Positions 1 to 11,695 of a DNA stretch of 64,000 nt are shown one piece after another. The notes under the pieces were generated by a model. It saw nothing but the letters and a program-made list of their open reading frames with translations. It was not told the DNA's origin and did no database searches. How positions within the stretch are numbered: position 1 is the first letter of the stretch; each line of letters begins with the position of its first letter. Source of the DNA: Thermodesulfobacteriota bacterium (GTDB lineage: Bacteria; Desulfobacterota; Desulfobacteria; Desulfobacterales; C00003060); contig JAXHVD010000013.1 in the NCBI GenBank assembly GCA_034189385.1, positions 32,001 through 96,000 on the forward strand, written 5' to 3'. Made by a program: the position numbers and the translations under genes.

Positions 1-1604
1 AGGTTCATGGCTGCTCCCTTAAAGCTCTGTGAATTTGACAGTGCCACCGCCATGCCCAATCCCCAGATTGCCCGCCCGTGGCAATCTTCGGTCCCTTGTT
101 CTTCCAGCCAGCGCCGGTCGTAGCCCATGAAGTTCCGAAAACGTCCATTGGCCTCGTTGAAGGCATGGTACAAAAAGCCCAAGTATCTGCAGGCCAGGTC
201 CGTTAGCTCACTCTCATTAGGGAGCAGATCCCGAGCCATCATGACGACGATAAGTGCTCGGGCGTTGTCGTCGGTGCAGTAGCCGTGGAAGCGATCCGGC
301 ACCATGAACTTCGCATGCTGCAATATCCCAACATCATCTGTTAACAACTTCAGGTGATCCAGTTTCACCTGGGGCAAGTCGACCGGAATAGCATCCAGCG
401 TCTTGGTATAGAATGCAACCCTAGGCCCTTTTTGTCTGTCGTCCCCGACTTCCACAAATATTTCTATGTAGCGGCGAGCCACTTCTTTCCAGATCATGCT
501 CCGGCAAAAGCTATAGGCCCGCTTACGCATGGCATGACATTCAAATTCGTTGTCTAAAAGATCCACTACTTGGGCAGACAAGGCATCCGCATCTTGGAAC
601 GGAACAATGCGTCCTCTCCCGTCATCAAGCATTTCTTCGGCGTACCAGTATGGTGTGGATATGGTCGCCTTGCCCGCACCCAGGGCGTAGGCGAGGGTGC
701 CAGAGACGATCTGTTCTCTGTTCACATAGGGCGTCACATATATGTCTGCGGCTCCCAGAAATTCACACAGTTCTTTGAGGTTCACAAATCTGTTATGGAA
801 GATGACGTGGCTGTCCACGCCCCGCTCCCGTGCCCGAAGCTGCAAGGAAAGGCGGTAGGCCTCTCCCGCTTCTCTTTTGACATTGGGATGTGTTGCTCCC
901 AAAACGATATAAGCCACTTCCGCATGTCTATTTACGATGGCCGGCAAGGCGTCTATCATGTGTTCAATCCCCTTGCCAGAAGAAATGAGACCGAAAGTGA
1001 GGAGCACCTTTCGTCCGGCAACTCCGAATTGGTCCTTGTAGTAATTGGGATCAACGAATGGAACATCCGGGATGCCGTGATGGATTAACGCAATCCTTTC
1101 TTCTGCCACGCCGTAAACTTCTTTCAGCATCTCCTTCGCTTTATAGCTCATGACCACCAAGCGGTCAGAGAGGTCTCCCAACTCTTCTACGATGGTCTTT
1201 TGTCCCAGATCAGGTGACGCCACCACAGTGTGCATTGTGGTTACGACGGGCATGCGCAGGTTGCGGAGGAGTTCCAAAATGTGGCTGCCGTGCTTGCCGC
1301 CAAAGATGCCGAACTCGTGTTGAAGGCACACGATGTCCACTTGGTTCATATTCAGAAAGTCAGCTGCTAGTCGGTAATCGTCAAGATTCTTATAGTCAAC
1401 TTCAAAGCGTACCCGGGGGGGATAACGGTACCCCTCAGGCACATCGTTCATGACCACCGCCCAGCACTCCATATCGGGGCCCTCGATCGAAAGGGCTTCT
1501 AAGAGATCGGCTGTAAACGTGGCAATGCCACATTGCCTTGGGACGTAATTGCCAATCAGGGCGACTGTGGTTGGGGTGTCAGGGTGCAGTCCAGTCGGGT
1601 TCAT
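1..1604 (-). CDS. GT4 (group 1) glycosyltransferase with long C-terminal domain; partial, runs off left edge (absent from ORF track)
   Basis: Manual translation from ATG at 1604: MNPTGLHPDTPTTVALIGNYVPRQCGIATFTADL...CLQHEFGIFGG...IHHGIPDVPFVDP...TFGLISSGKGIE...GATHP; the C-terminal part contains LTDDVGILQHA...GYCTDDNARAL. Confidence 0.85.
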   Translation of the reverse strand, partial: MNPTGLHPDTPTTVALIGNYVPRQCGIATFTADLLEALSIEGPDMECWAVVMNDVPEGYRYPPRVRFEVDYKNLDDYRLAADFLNMNQVDIVCLQHEFGIFGGKHGSHILELLRNLRMPVVTTMHTVVASPDLGQKTIVEELGDLSDRLVVMSYKAKEMLKEVYGVAEERIALIHHGIPDVPFVDPNYYKDQFGVAGRKVLLTFGLISSGKGIEHMIDALPAIVNRHAEVAYIVLGATHPNVKREAGEAYRLSLQLRARERGVDSHVIFHNRFVNLKELCEFLGAADIYVTPYVNREQIVSGTLAYALGAGKATISTPYWYAEEMLDDGRGRIVPFQDADALSAQVVDLLDNEFECHAMRKRAYSFCRSMIWKEVARRYIEIFVEVGDDRQKGPRVAFYTKTLDAIPVDLPQVKLDHLKLLTDDVGILQHAKFMVPDRFHGYCTDDNARALIVVMMARDLLPNESELTDLACRYLGFLYHAFNEANGRFRNFMGYDRRWLEEQGTEDCHGRAIWGLGMAVALSNSQSFKGAAMN

Positions 1605-1722
1605 GAAACGTTACCTTGTTGAGGTGTTGCAGGGAGCTCTGATGCAGGGACATGCGTGAGCCGCCCCTTGATTCGAGTCTTCAGTTCTATCCTTGGAGCC
1701 CATTGCCTTGTTTCTGTTTCTT

Positions 1723-2907
1723 CTATGTATACCTCATGTGCGACCGAATTTCATCAAAAAAGGGCGTGTCGTTGTGTTCAACACAATGGGCGGCATAGAT
1801 ATACATTGCCGCGGACCACGTTTGCCAATCTTGTCCGCAAGGCTCCCTGTCCTGTGCCCGAAGGTATTCGTTAAAACCGAAATCCACCGTGGCTTCCCGG
1901 GCCGGTCGGACGAGCCTTGTCAGGACCTCCAGCTTCCTTCTGGCCAATCGCCTTTTGCCCGCAGCCACGACCGCCGCAACATAAAGTCCACATATAAAAG
2001 GCCATAATCCGCCATTGTGGTACTCCCCCGGACGGTTGAACTTGGCGTACCTGGGCCGCCAGTCCGGGTCTTGTTCTTCAATAAACGGGAGAAGACTGGG
2101 CGGAAGATCCAAGGCAAGCTTCCCTTTGGCTCGCATGGCGGCGCATTCGGCTTCAATCCATGAGATAATCTTCTGTGCTCGTGAGGGTGGGGCAATTCCT
2201 GAAAGGATGGCCAGGCTGTTACCCAACAAATCAAATCGCTCACTGCTGTAAAGCTTATAGGACCATAGGGCATAGTAAGGCTTATGACGAACGGCCAGTC
2301 CTTCATGAACGTGCCGGTGTTTGGTGTCTGCCGTGATGGTGAAGCGCCCCATCAGCCGGCGAAGCAGATCGGCCTTTTGGTATCTCCCGTAAAGGCATAA
2401 GTAGCAATAGACTACTGTATTAACGAACAGGCCGAAGCCTGGCACCCATTGCTCGTCCCGCCAGTCGCTGGTGGGCAGCTGGGCCACCATGACACGGTCG
2501 GAGGGACTCTGGTAATCCATCCAGGTTAGTGCCTTTTCGGCGGCAACTTCCAAAAAATCTCGTTCGCCGGTGACCTTTCGAAAGACGGCCAGTGTCAGCA
2601 GGAAAAGGGGCGTGGTGTCGCTCGCACCACGATCTTCAGGATCGTGAACAAGGGATGGGATGTGGCCGTGCCGGCTCTGGTTTCTCGCCAGAGTTACCAA
2701 CACCCGACGGAGGGAACCCGTTAGCCGCTTGTCACCAGACACGAGCATCCCCAAACCTGCAATCATAAGGTCGCGGGTATATGGCTCAGGATAGCCCCAG
2801 CCGGCGGTCCTGGGCAGACCGCCATATGGTCCTCGCAGGTTATGAAGCAGCACATCTGTTGCCGCCTTTTTCGCCTCTTCAACCTTGTCTGGTAGCGGGT
2901 TGGACAT
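1723..2907 (-). CDS. glycoside hydrolase, GH100 (neutral invertase)/six-hairpin glycosidase-like
   Basis: 394 aa; YTRD, RFDLLGNSLAIL and YHNGGLWPF motifs and C-terminal QTWSAA, typical of GH100-like enzymes. Confidence 0.7.
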   Translation of the reverse strand: MSNPLPDKVEEAKKAATDVLLHNLRGPYGGLPRTAGWGYPEPYTRDLMIAGLGMLVSGDKRLTGSLRRVLVTLARNQSRHGHIPSLVHDPEDRGASDTTPLFLLTLAVFRKVTGERDFLEVAAEKALTWMDYQSPSDRVMVAQLPTSDWRDEQWVPGFGLFVNTVVYCYLCLYGRYQKADLLRRLMGRFTITADTKHRHVHEGLAVRHKPYYALWSYKLYSSERFDLLGNSLAILSGIAPPSRAQKIISWIEAECAAMRAKGKLALDLPPSLLPFIEEQDPDWRPRYAKFNRPGEYHNGGLWPFICGLYVAAVVAAGKRRLARRKLEVLTRLVRPAREATVDFGFNEYLRAQDREPCGQDWQTWSAAMYIYAAHCVEHNDTPFFDEIRSHMRYT

Positions 2908-2909
2908 TT

Positions 2910-4052
2910 TCAGGCACCCCCCAGTTTCTCAGACACTAATTGCACGAGCCGCTTGGCCACGACACGATAGTCGAAGTGCTCAACTACGCGAGCGCGCGCA
3001 GCGGCACCCATTTTCTGGCGGAGTTGTTCGTCTGTCATCAACTCCATGAGGTATTGCGCTATGTCATGGACGCTAGCGCGGTAGTCGGCAGTGCGCGGCC
3101 TCTTGAAGACAACGCGATGGCCAGGCTTATAGCCTTCATCTTCACCGAGGGTGGTCTCTCGAAGACGGACTTCCTGGGCTACCCGGGCGAGAAAACCAGT
3201 CTGGCCGTGGACGAACGTGTCAAGCATGCCCATGGCCTTGATCCCAATGACCGGTTTTCCACAAGCACCGGCTTCTACCTGAAGCATACCGAAACCTTCC
3301 AGACGAGACGGTGCAGCGTAAATGTCGCTGGCGGCAAGCAAGTAGGGCATGAAGCTGCGTGAAACCCGACTTGTTGTATAGATCACATTCTTTTCAATCC
3401 CCAAATGGGTGGCCAGCTGCAAGTCCTGCAGGTTTTGTTGTTCCGTCCTCGGCTGAGGCCAGACCTTACAGACGTATTTCCAGTCTGGTGCCTTGGCGTC
3501 GATGAGAGCCAAAGCCTGCATGACTTCCTGGGCACCCTTCGAGGCAGCATCTCCTCCCACGGTGAGTATCATTATTTGATCCGGCGCCACGCCAAGGGCT
3601 TCCCGGACTGCAACCACTTTCGGGTCGGTTCTGTCTCTGGGTCTGAAGGAATCTGTGTCGCAACCCACGGGCAAGACCTCAATGTTTGAGGCCCTCAGTC
3701 CGTCCCGTGCATATACCTTCTTCACCCACTCAGAGGTGGCCAAAATCAAAGGGAGTCCGTTTAGGACCTCCTGGTAGGCGGCCACGTATCCGTCAGCCAC
3801 GAACCACGGCACGGCCTCAGCGCCGTAGCGCTTGGGATGAAGTACCAGGTGTGGCGTGTGCCCCCAATATCCGATTCCAACCACAACGTCAGGCTCGAAC
3901 CAGCGATAGCACCATTCCTTTTCCTGGGGAGACTCAAAGGGTGCTGGGATGGCCTCCACTCCGACCTCTTTCAACCCCCTGTAAAGCAAGTCACCCTGTG
4001 TGGACAAACCGCCAGGGGATGGAGGATAATCATAAAGAACAAGAATCCTCAT
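2910..4052 (-). CDS. GT4 glycosyltransferase
   Basis: 380 aa; PSRLEGFGMLQVEAGACGKPVI is the GT-B E-x7-E signature. Confidence 0.88.
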   Translation of the reverse strand: MRILVLYDYPPSPGGLSTQGDLLYRGLKEVGVEAIPAPFESPQEKEWCYRWFEPDVVVGIGYWGHTPHLVLHPKRYGAEAVPWFVADGYVAAYQEVLNGLPLILATSEWVKKVYARDGLRASNIEVLPVGCDTDSFRPRDRTDPKVVAVREALGVAPDQIMILTVGGDAASKGAQEVMQALALIDAKAPDWKYVCKVWPQPRTEQQNLQDLQLATHLGIEKNVIYTTSRVSRSFMPYLLAASDIYAAPSRLEGFGMLQVEAGACGKPVIGIKAMGMLDTFVHGQTGFLARVAQEVRLRETTLGEDEGYKPGHRVVFKRPRTADYRASVHDIAQYLMELMTDEQLRQKMGAAARARVVEHFDYRVVAKRLVQLVSEKLGGA

Positions 4053-4713
4053 TGCTGACCCCTTTTTTCATCGACCAATCACGTAATGCGCTTTGCGAGA
4101 TGAAGCGCCAGAAGGCTTCTTTGTGAGGAGCGGCTTTTGCTTCAAAACTGTCTGACGCAAACCCATAGACTTGGGTAATAATGCGATATTTTTGCCGCCA
4201 GACTTTGTCTGGGATCTCGAGGCTTCGGTGTGCAGTCTCGACGGGACGAGGCAAGTATTGTTTTCCGCCATCTTCGTAAGCGAACATCCACACCTCAGTT
4301 GCAGAAACACTCCCTTTGTTCCACAGTGCTGCAACTGCCCGACTTGTCTCTTCATGGCGACGATGCCGCGTATATTCTCCCCATGGGCCATGGGTGACAA
4401 TGAGATGATAATGTGTTGCAGGCAGGAGCGACATGACCATCTGCTGGACCTCCATTGCAGGGAGAGGCCTTTGTTCCGGCCCATCATCAAGGTCGCCGAT
4501 TCTGCCTGAAGCGCCCAGCCGTTGTACTGCCCGAAAGAACCTTGGCGCCCGATCTGAATCGCTTGCCCGACACAACGCTATTATTGTCCATTGTAGCTCC
4601 GGGTAGCTCAGAATAGTCCCCCCTCCCCAGATCGTTTCATCGTCAGGATGAGCAACAATCACGGCAGCTCTTTTGGAGTGGACCAGTTGAGGAGATGTCT
4701 GGTAGGCGGTCAT
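4030..4713 (-). CDS. PIG-L/LmbE family deacetylase (BshB/MshB-like)
   Basis: VAHPDDE metal motif; second motif is HRRH in place of the usual HxDH; overlaps both neighbours. Confidence 0.8.
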   Translation of the reverse strand: MTAYQTSPQLVHSKRAAVIVAHPDDETIWGGGTILSYPELQWTIIALCRASDSDRAPRFFRAVQRLGASGRIGDLDDGPEQRPLPAMEVQQMVMSLLPATHYHLIVTHGPWGEYTRHRRHEETSRAVAALWNKGSVSATEVWMFAYEDGGKQYLPRPVETAHRSLEIPDKVWRQKYRIITQVYGFASDSFEAKAAPHKEAFWRFISQSALRDWSMKKGVSNEDSCSL

Positions 4714-5531
4714 GTTTGGTGCTGCTCATAAGGCAAGTTGCCGGTTACCGCAGTTTCCGTCCCAGTTACATGTTCGTAATACTCTGTGTGCGTCAGTTTC
4801 TGAGCTGCTTCCTGGTCACACAAAACGGTGACGCTCGGATGCATCTGAAGGGCGGAGGCTGGGCACATGGCAGTCACAGGCCCCTCGATCATCGCCGTCA
4901 CTGCCTGTGCCTTTTCAGGGCCAGTTGCCAAGAGAAGAAGCTTCCTCGCTTCCAGTATGGTCCCCACCCCCATGGTGAGGGCGCGCCGTGGCACATCCTC
5001 CTTGTTTGGGAAGAACCGCTCGTTATCCCGTATCGTACGTTGAGTAAGTATCACCATCCTCGTGCGAGAAGCCAGTGATGAGGTGGGTTCGTTGAAAGCA
5101 ATATGCCCGTTCCTTCCGATGCCAAGTATCTGTAGATCGATTCCGCCCACTTCTCTAATCTGTTGTTCGCAGTCTTCACAGCGTCTCTCAATGTCTTCCG
5201 GGACGCCGCTCAAGAAATGGACATTGTCTTTGTTCAAGTTCACGTGGTCAAATAGATTCGTCCGCATGAAGCAATGATAACTCTGAGGGTGATCGGGCTT
5301 GAGTCCAACGTATTCATCCAGATTAAATGTGTAGACGCTTGAAAAGTCCAGTTCCCCTCCCGCGAAGCCAGCAACCATTTTGCGAAAGAGCTTCAAAGGC
5401 GTGCTGCCGCTGGCAAGGCCCAAGACGAGCCTTTTCCTTTTCTTCATTATGTGACGGAGGAAATCATATGCATGCTCTGCAACTTTTTCCTGATCAGAAT
5501 GGATTAGCACCTGCATAACCCTTGTCCTCAT
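4710..5531 (-). CDS. nagB: glucosamine-6-phosphate deaminase
   Basis: LGLASGSTP, FNLDEYVGL, GIGRNGHIAFNEP and CPASALQMH motifs. Confidence 0.95.
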   Translation of the reverse strand: MRTRVMQVLIHSDQEKVAEHAYDFLRHIMKKRKRLVLGLASGSTPLKLFRKMVAGFAGGELDFSSVYTFNLDEYVGLKPDHPQSYHCFMRTNLFDHVNLNKDNVHFLSGVPEDIERRCEDCEQQIREVGGIDLQILGIGRNGHIAFNEPTSSLASRTRMVILTQRTIRDNERFFPNKEDVPRRALTMGVGTILEARKLLLLATGPEKAQAVTAMIEGPVTAMCPASALQMHPSVTVLCDQEAAQKLTHTEYYEHVTGTETAVTGNLPYEQHQT

Positions 5532-5609
5532 TGTTGGATTCGCTGGGCAGGAGATCTTATGTTTTTGCCTCTAGACTGTGACGAAAAGACTGAGAAGGTA
5601 TTGATGAAG

Positions 5610-6335
5610 TCATGTCGTCTGATCATTCTTCCCCTGTTCACAAAGCTCAGGATAGAGCTTTAAAGCACAGTCGGGACAAATGCTGTGAGAAAAAACTGCT
5701 TCAGAATGATCATGAATATAGGCCTCAACTTGGTGCCAAAACCCCTTGTCGTCCCGTATGTTCTTGCAAGAAGCACATATGGGCACTAAGCCGCGCAGTG
5801 TTTTGACCTTGGCAAGGGCGCTTTGAAGCTGGGCAATAAGGGTTTCTCGCTCCAGCTCCATATGTTTGCGCTGGGTAATGTCAACAAATGATGCTATCCT
5901 TCCCGTGACATGCCCTTTATCGTTGGTCACATTGGAACAAGAGACCTCTACGTAGAACTTCGTGCCGTCTTTGTGCAGAACGACAAACTCCTCAGTGGCA
6001 CCTTGTGTCAAATCGATGTAGGCCCGCACGTCTCTGAGACTCTTCACCTTTTTTGACGCGAACAAAACTGCCGCATCCGCTCCTATGATTTCTGCTTTGT
6101 CGTGATATTCGAACATTCTGAGAAAGGCTGGGTTGACATACCTAATCCGCCCGGAAAGATCTGTTATGATCATTCCGCCCACGGCTGAATCGATGGCATC
6201 ATAGAAAATGCTCAACGCCTCCTTCAGAGAATTAAGGTGGGCTTCGGAGGCTTGCAATTCGCCAATTCTGTGCCGCGGTCCCGTCAGCTCATCTATAAGA
6301 CGCTTTTGGGTCTTGTTTCGTTTCATGGTGTGCAT
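5610..6335 (-). CDS. PAS-domain protein with C-terminal Cys/His motif; no kinase domain
   Basis: ITDLSGRIRYVNPAF...VDITQRK (PAS/PAC), then PICASCK..IRDDKGFW...FSHSICPDC. Confidence 0.8.
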   Translation of the reverse strand: MHTMKRNKTQKRLIDELTGPRHRIGELQASEAHLNSLKEALSIFYDAIDSAVGGMIITDLSGRIRYVNPAFLRMFEYHDKAEIIGADAAVLFASKKVKSLRDVRAYIDLTQGATEEFVVLHKDGTKFYVEVSCSNVTNDKGHVTGRIASFVDITQRKHMELERETLIAQLQSALAKVKTLRGLVPICASCKNIRDDKGFWHQVEAYIHDHSEAVFSHSICPDCALKLYPELCEQGKNDQTT

Positions 6336-6387
6336 GCCAAAGAGAGGACTTCACTGTCATCATCTTTTTACGGAAGCTTGTGGCGCG

Positions 6388-6828
6388 CTAGAATCGATTC
6401 GTGTCGTTTTTCAGCGGATGTGCATGGGCACACTGTCCAGGGATGGGATACATTTTTGCTTCTGTTTTGTCCGGGTGCTGTTCAAGACGCTTGTAACGTT
6501 TAATGGCAAATTCGGCCATCCGCTCAATAATGTGAGGCAAATCAGAGCCCTTCCAGGCCGAGGCAAACCCAGGCACGTCGTCCCAGAGTCGGGCGCTTAT
6601 GGTGAAGCCCTCTGCCTTGCTCAGATCCAAAAGGACATCTTCATGATCTATGGGTATTCGTGGCTGCAGGACCTTCTTAAGAAGGTTTCGAACACCGTAA
6701 AAGAAGAATTTCTTGACGTCCTCAGTAGATTCAGCATTGTTAATGGTTTTTCTCAGTATGGGACGAATTTCTTGTTCGTATTTGCTAAACGAAAGGTGTG
6801 TATTCATAGTTCCGGTACCCTCTTTCAC
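6388..6828 (-). CDS. hypothetical protein
   Basis: 146-aa ORF co-oriented in the operon with protein-like composition; no motif recognised. Confidence 0.65.
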   Translation of the reverse strand: MKEGTGTMNTHLSFSKYEQEIRPILRKTINNAESTEDVKKFFFYGVRNLLKKVLQPRIPIDHEDVLLDLSKAEGFTISARLWDDVPGFASAWKGSDLPHIIERMAEFAIKRYKRLEQHPDKTEAKMYPIPGQCAHAHPLKNDTNRF

Positions 6829-6906
6829 GATTCAGTGCCCTTGGCATGTCTTTGCTGACTCTGGGTGTGACACTTTCTCCGATAGCTTCCGTTTCACTGT
6901 TGGGCC

Positions 6907-7341
6907 TTAGACGTCCCTCTGAAGATAGGAGTCATAGTCTTTGATCACAGGTTCGTACTCCTCACTGAAGAGAACGCTTGATATGATGAAGTCTGCGGTC
7001 GACCGATTGCAGGCCACCGGGATATTGAACAGGACGGACATTCTGAGCAGTGCTTTTATGTCCACGTCGTGAGGCTGCGGTGTCATTGGGTCCCACAGGA
7101 ATATGAGAATATCCAGCTCACCATTGGCTATCATCACCCCTAGTTGTTGATCTCCGCCCAAGGGGCCACTTTTCAGTCTATGAATGTCCACTGAACACGC
7201 CTTGGATATGACCTTGCCGGTTGTGCCCGTTGCATACAATTCATGCTGAGACAATATGTTGGCGTTGTACTTCACCCAGCTCAGGAGATCTGCCTTCCGC
7301 TGATCGTGAGCCACCAAGGCAATCCTCTTTTTCTTTTTCAT
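6907..7341 (-). CDS. mgsA: methylglyoxal synthase
   Basis: IALVAHD, ATGTTG, SGPLGGDQQ and PHDVD motifs. Confidence 0.97.
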   Translation of the reverse strand: MKKKKRIALVAHDQRKADLLSWVKYNANILSQHELYATGTTGKVISKACSVDIHRLKSGPLGGDQQLGVMIANGELDILIFLWDPMTPQPHDVDIKALLRMSVLFNIPVACNRSTADFIISSVLFSEEYEPVIKDYDSYLQRDV

Positions 7342-7430
7342 GATGGACCGCCGTCCGTCGTCATCTGTCTGAGGAACGCGAAGGTCACCAGTAATTTATG
7401 GAATGGACAGTTCTTGAGCCGTTTGCGATT

Positions 7431-7595
7431 TCAGCTCTTTTTGGACGTCACGGTCTGAAAAGAAGAAATGAGCTGCCGAACTTTGTCCTTCCCACACCTT
7501 GGGCACTTCGTCTTCTTCTCAGTATAGTCTGAAAGACTCATGGTCAACGTAAAAGTCTTGTTACACTTCTCACAGATAAACTCGTACGTGGGCAT
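7431..7595 (-). CDS. FmdB family zinc-ribbon protein (54 aa)
   Basis: MPTYEFICEKC...CPRCG; ATG at 7595 preceded by AAGGAGG. Confidence 0.88.
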   Translation of the reverse strand: MPTYEFICEKCNKTFTLTMSLSDYTEKKTKCPRCGKDKVRQLISSFQTVTSKKS

Positions 7596-7768
7596 TACCG
7601 ACCTCCTTAGCCACGGGGTCTTCTTGCTGGCCCGACAGGCCATTGGCCATGTGTGAAAGCTTGTGTGGTGTCTCTGCCGGATCTCCGAGGCTGATGGCAA
7701 ACAAACTGATGGGGCCTCTGTCCAAGCTAAAGGTACTTTCCTTCATGACTGCCCCCTTGTTTACCGAC

Positions 7769-9701
<1,933 letters not shown>

Positions 9702-9752
9702 TCTACCATCTCCCTGCTTCCGTCCTTACATGCACTGCATAGCTTCTTTGGC

Positions 9753-9779
9753 CAGCAGGGGGGCTGAAGCCCCCTGCTG
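9753..9779. other. GC-rich intergenic stem-loop between hsp20 and groES
   Basis: CAGCAGGGGGGC-TGAA-GCCCCCTGCTG; no clear U tract. Confidence 0.5.
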
Positions 9780-9809
9780 TCGATAGGTCTTGCTTTGCCA
9801 GGCACCACA

Positions 9810-10265
9810 TCAAGTTGCCTTGACCTCGATCTTCTTGGTTGACGTCTCTTTGATCTTGGGCAAGGTGACGTTCAGGACGCCGTCCTTGTAGCTTGCTTTC
9901 ACCTTGTTCCCGTCGACTTCAACAGGCAGTCTGATGGACCTGGCAAAAGCGCCATGGCTCCGCTCCACCCGGTGGAAGTTCTCGCCCTTCTCCTGTTGTT
10001 CCTTTTTCCGCTCTCCACGGATGCTCAGAACGTTCCCGCTTACGGCCACATCAAGGTCCTTTGGGTCTATCCCAGGCAGTTCAGCCTTGACGATGACCTC
10101 TTTGGCGGTTTCAGATACGTCAACAGAGGGGATCCAGTGGCCGTCGGTCGGTCGAAACCTGACGGGCCAGTCTTCGAAGAACCGGTCAAAAAGCCTGTCC
10201 ATATCCTTTCTCAAGCCGGTCAGTTCTTGTCGCCCACGCCAAGGTACTAAGCTGGAGATTTCCAT
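9810..10265 (-). CDS. small heat-shock protein (Hsp20/alpha-crystallin)
   Basis: VDVSET...AELPG...LSIRGE...ERSHGAFARSI.LP...ASYKDGVL; GGAGGTG RBS before ATG 10265. Confidence 0.95.
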   Translation of the reverse strand: MEISSLVPWRGRQELTGLRKDMDRLFDRFFEDWPVRFRPTDGHWIPSVDVSETAKEVIVKAELPGIDPKDLDVAVSGNVLSIRGERKKEQQEKGENFHRVERSHGAFARSIRLPVEVDGNKVKASYKDGVLNVTLPKIKETSTKKIEVKAT

Positions 10266-10348
10266 AATATCACCTCCCAATCTTCTGTTTCACGGTTGGG
10301 GCCGCTGATTCTCAACGAATCGCAAACCCATTCTTGCATCGGATGTAT

Positions 10349-10364
10349 GGCAAAGTGCGTGCCA
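10349..10364 (-). promoter_or_regulatory. sigma-54 (-24/-12) promoter of hsp20-groESL
   Basis: Minus strand reads TGGCACGCACTTTGCC (GG-N10-GC); IHF-like TATCAATATATTG at 10371-10383. Confidence 0.8.
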
Positions 10365-10418
10365 TCATTCCAATATATTGATAATATTGATATTGTCCCA
10401 GTTGCTGAAATCCGTACA

Positions 10419-10563
10419 GGAACTGACGGTTCCGATTTAAGGCCCGGTGGCCACATCACGAAGGAGTGGGCCAGCGTATGTGCTCCAATCAACTGGAATA
10501 ACGAAGGATACACGAATGTGAACTGTAGATTCCGCTTTTTGCCACATAGGAATTGACAGTTCT
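10419..10563. promoter_or_regulatory. three palindromic enhancer sites (GGAAC-N5-GTTCC type)
   Basis: GGAACTGACGGTTCC 10419-10433; TGAACTGTAGATTCC 10519-10533; GGAATTGACAGTTCT 10549-10563. Confidence 0.75.
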
Positions 10564-10623
10564 TATATGCGGCTGGTCAAGGGGCAATGGGCGGCAAGAA
10601 CTGAGCTACAACGGAGGCATCAT

Positions 10624-11691
10624 CTAGCAAGAGAGATCGAATCCAAGCCCCGGTTTGGTGCTTGGAAAAAGGGTCCCGTCACGTAGCGTTACCGCACCGG
10701 CAGAAGGGTCGTTCACCAGGCCCAGGTGGCCGTCCAGGTCAGCGTAGACCACATTGGGACGGGCCAATGCAAAGTGCAGGCCTGCGCATATGGCCAAGGC
10801 GGCCTCGTCTACGCATCCCACCATCACTTCCAAACCTGCTGAGCGGGCAACCGCATTGACTTGGAGGGCTTCGGAGATGCCTCCCACCTTCATGAGTTTC
10901 ACATTTACCATGTCAGCCAATTCTTGTTGTGCAATCCGAAAGGCGTCCCGGAGAGTCATGAGACTTTCATCTGCCATGACCGGAATAGGAACCACGCTCG
11001 TAACGCGACCGAGCAGGTCTGGTTGGCCTTTGGGCGTAGGCTGCTCAATAAGCTCCAGATGGGCTTGACGCGTGCTTTCAACAAACCTGAAACATTGTTC
11101 TACTGTGAACCCTTGATTGGCATCAAAACGCAACGCTACCTCATTGCCCATGGCTTCTCTGACCTTGAGCACGCGTTCAATGTCAGCATCCACATCACGG
11201 CCCCCCTTCAGCTTTAGGCTTCTGAATCCTCTTGCCGCAAACTCCCGTGCCCGCTCTACTGTTTCTGTCACAGACAAGATGCCGATGGTGACGCTGGTTT
11301 CTATACGATTACGGAATCCGCCCAGGAGCTTCCAGACGGGGAGATTAGCCGCCTTTCCAAGGAGATCATAGAGCGCCATGTCTACTGCGGCCAGGGCGGA
11401 GGATTGAGCGGTTATGCTTCGTTTCTGTCGCTCCAAAATCATGGCCACCCGAAGGGGGTCTGAGCCCTTTATAGATGGAGCGACACAGTCCTCCAATACC
11501 TGAATGACGCTCTCCACGGTCTCGCCTGTGACAGTTTCATCCGGAGCTGCACAGCCATAGCCGGAAAGCCCGTTGGCTGTTTCTATTCGAAGAAAAACGT
11601 TTTTCACAGCTTCAACGGTCTGATAAGCAATCGTGTAAGGTTCAGAGAGCCGCATGGAGACCGGCCAGACATCTAGCTTAGTGATTTTCAT
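10624..11691 (-). CDS. enolase-superfamily dipeptide epimerase / N-acyl-amino-acid racemase (AE-epimerase/DgcA-like)
   Basis: KLK, DANQG, EQP, ADES, NVKLMKVGG and DLDG motifs. Confidence 0.88.
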   Translation of the reverse strand: MKITKLDVWPVSMRLSEPYTIAYQTVEAVKNVFLRIETANGLSGYGCAAPDETVTGETVESVIQVLEDCVAPSIKGSDPLRVAMILERQKRSITAQSSALAAVDMALYDLLGKAANLPVWKLLGGFRNRIETSVTIGILSVTETVERAREFAARGFRSLKLKGGRDVDADIERVLKVREAMGNEVALRFDANQGFTVEQCFRFVESTRQAHLELIEQPTPKGQPDLLGRVTSVVPIPVMADESLMTLRDAFRIAQQELADMVNVKLMKVGGISEALQVNAVARSAGLEVMVGCVDEAALAICAGLHFALARPNVVYADLDGHLGLVNDPSAGAVTLRDGTLFPSTKPGLGFDLSC

Positions 11692-11695
11692 AGCC

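Noticed and set aside
354..1453. Plus-strand ORFs 354-557, 570-1088 and 1214-1453
   Set aside because: Antisense shadows of the minus-strand glycosyltransferase that runs off the window edge.
7570..7746. 58-codon minus-strand ORF after groEL (MKESTFSLDRG...)
   Set aside because: It overlaps the FmdB gene start and has no recognisable features.
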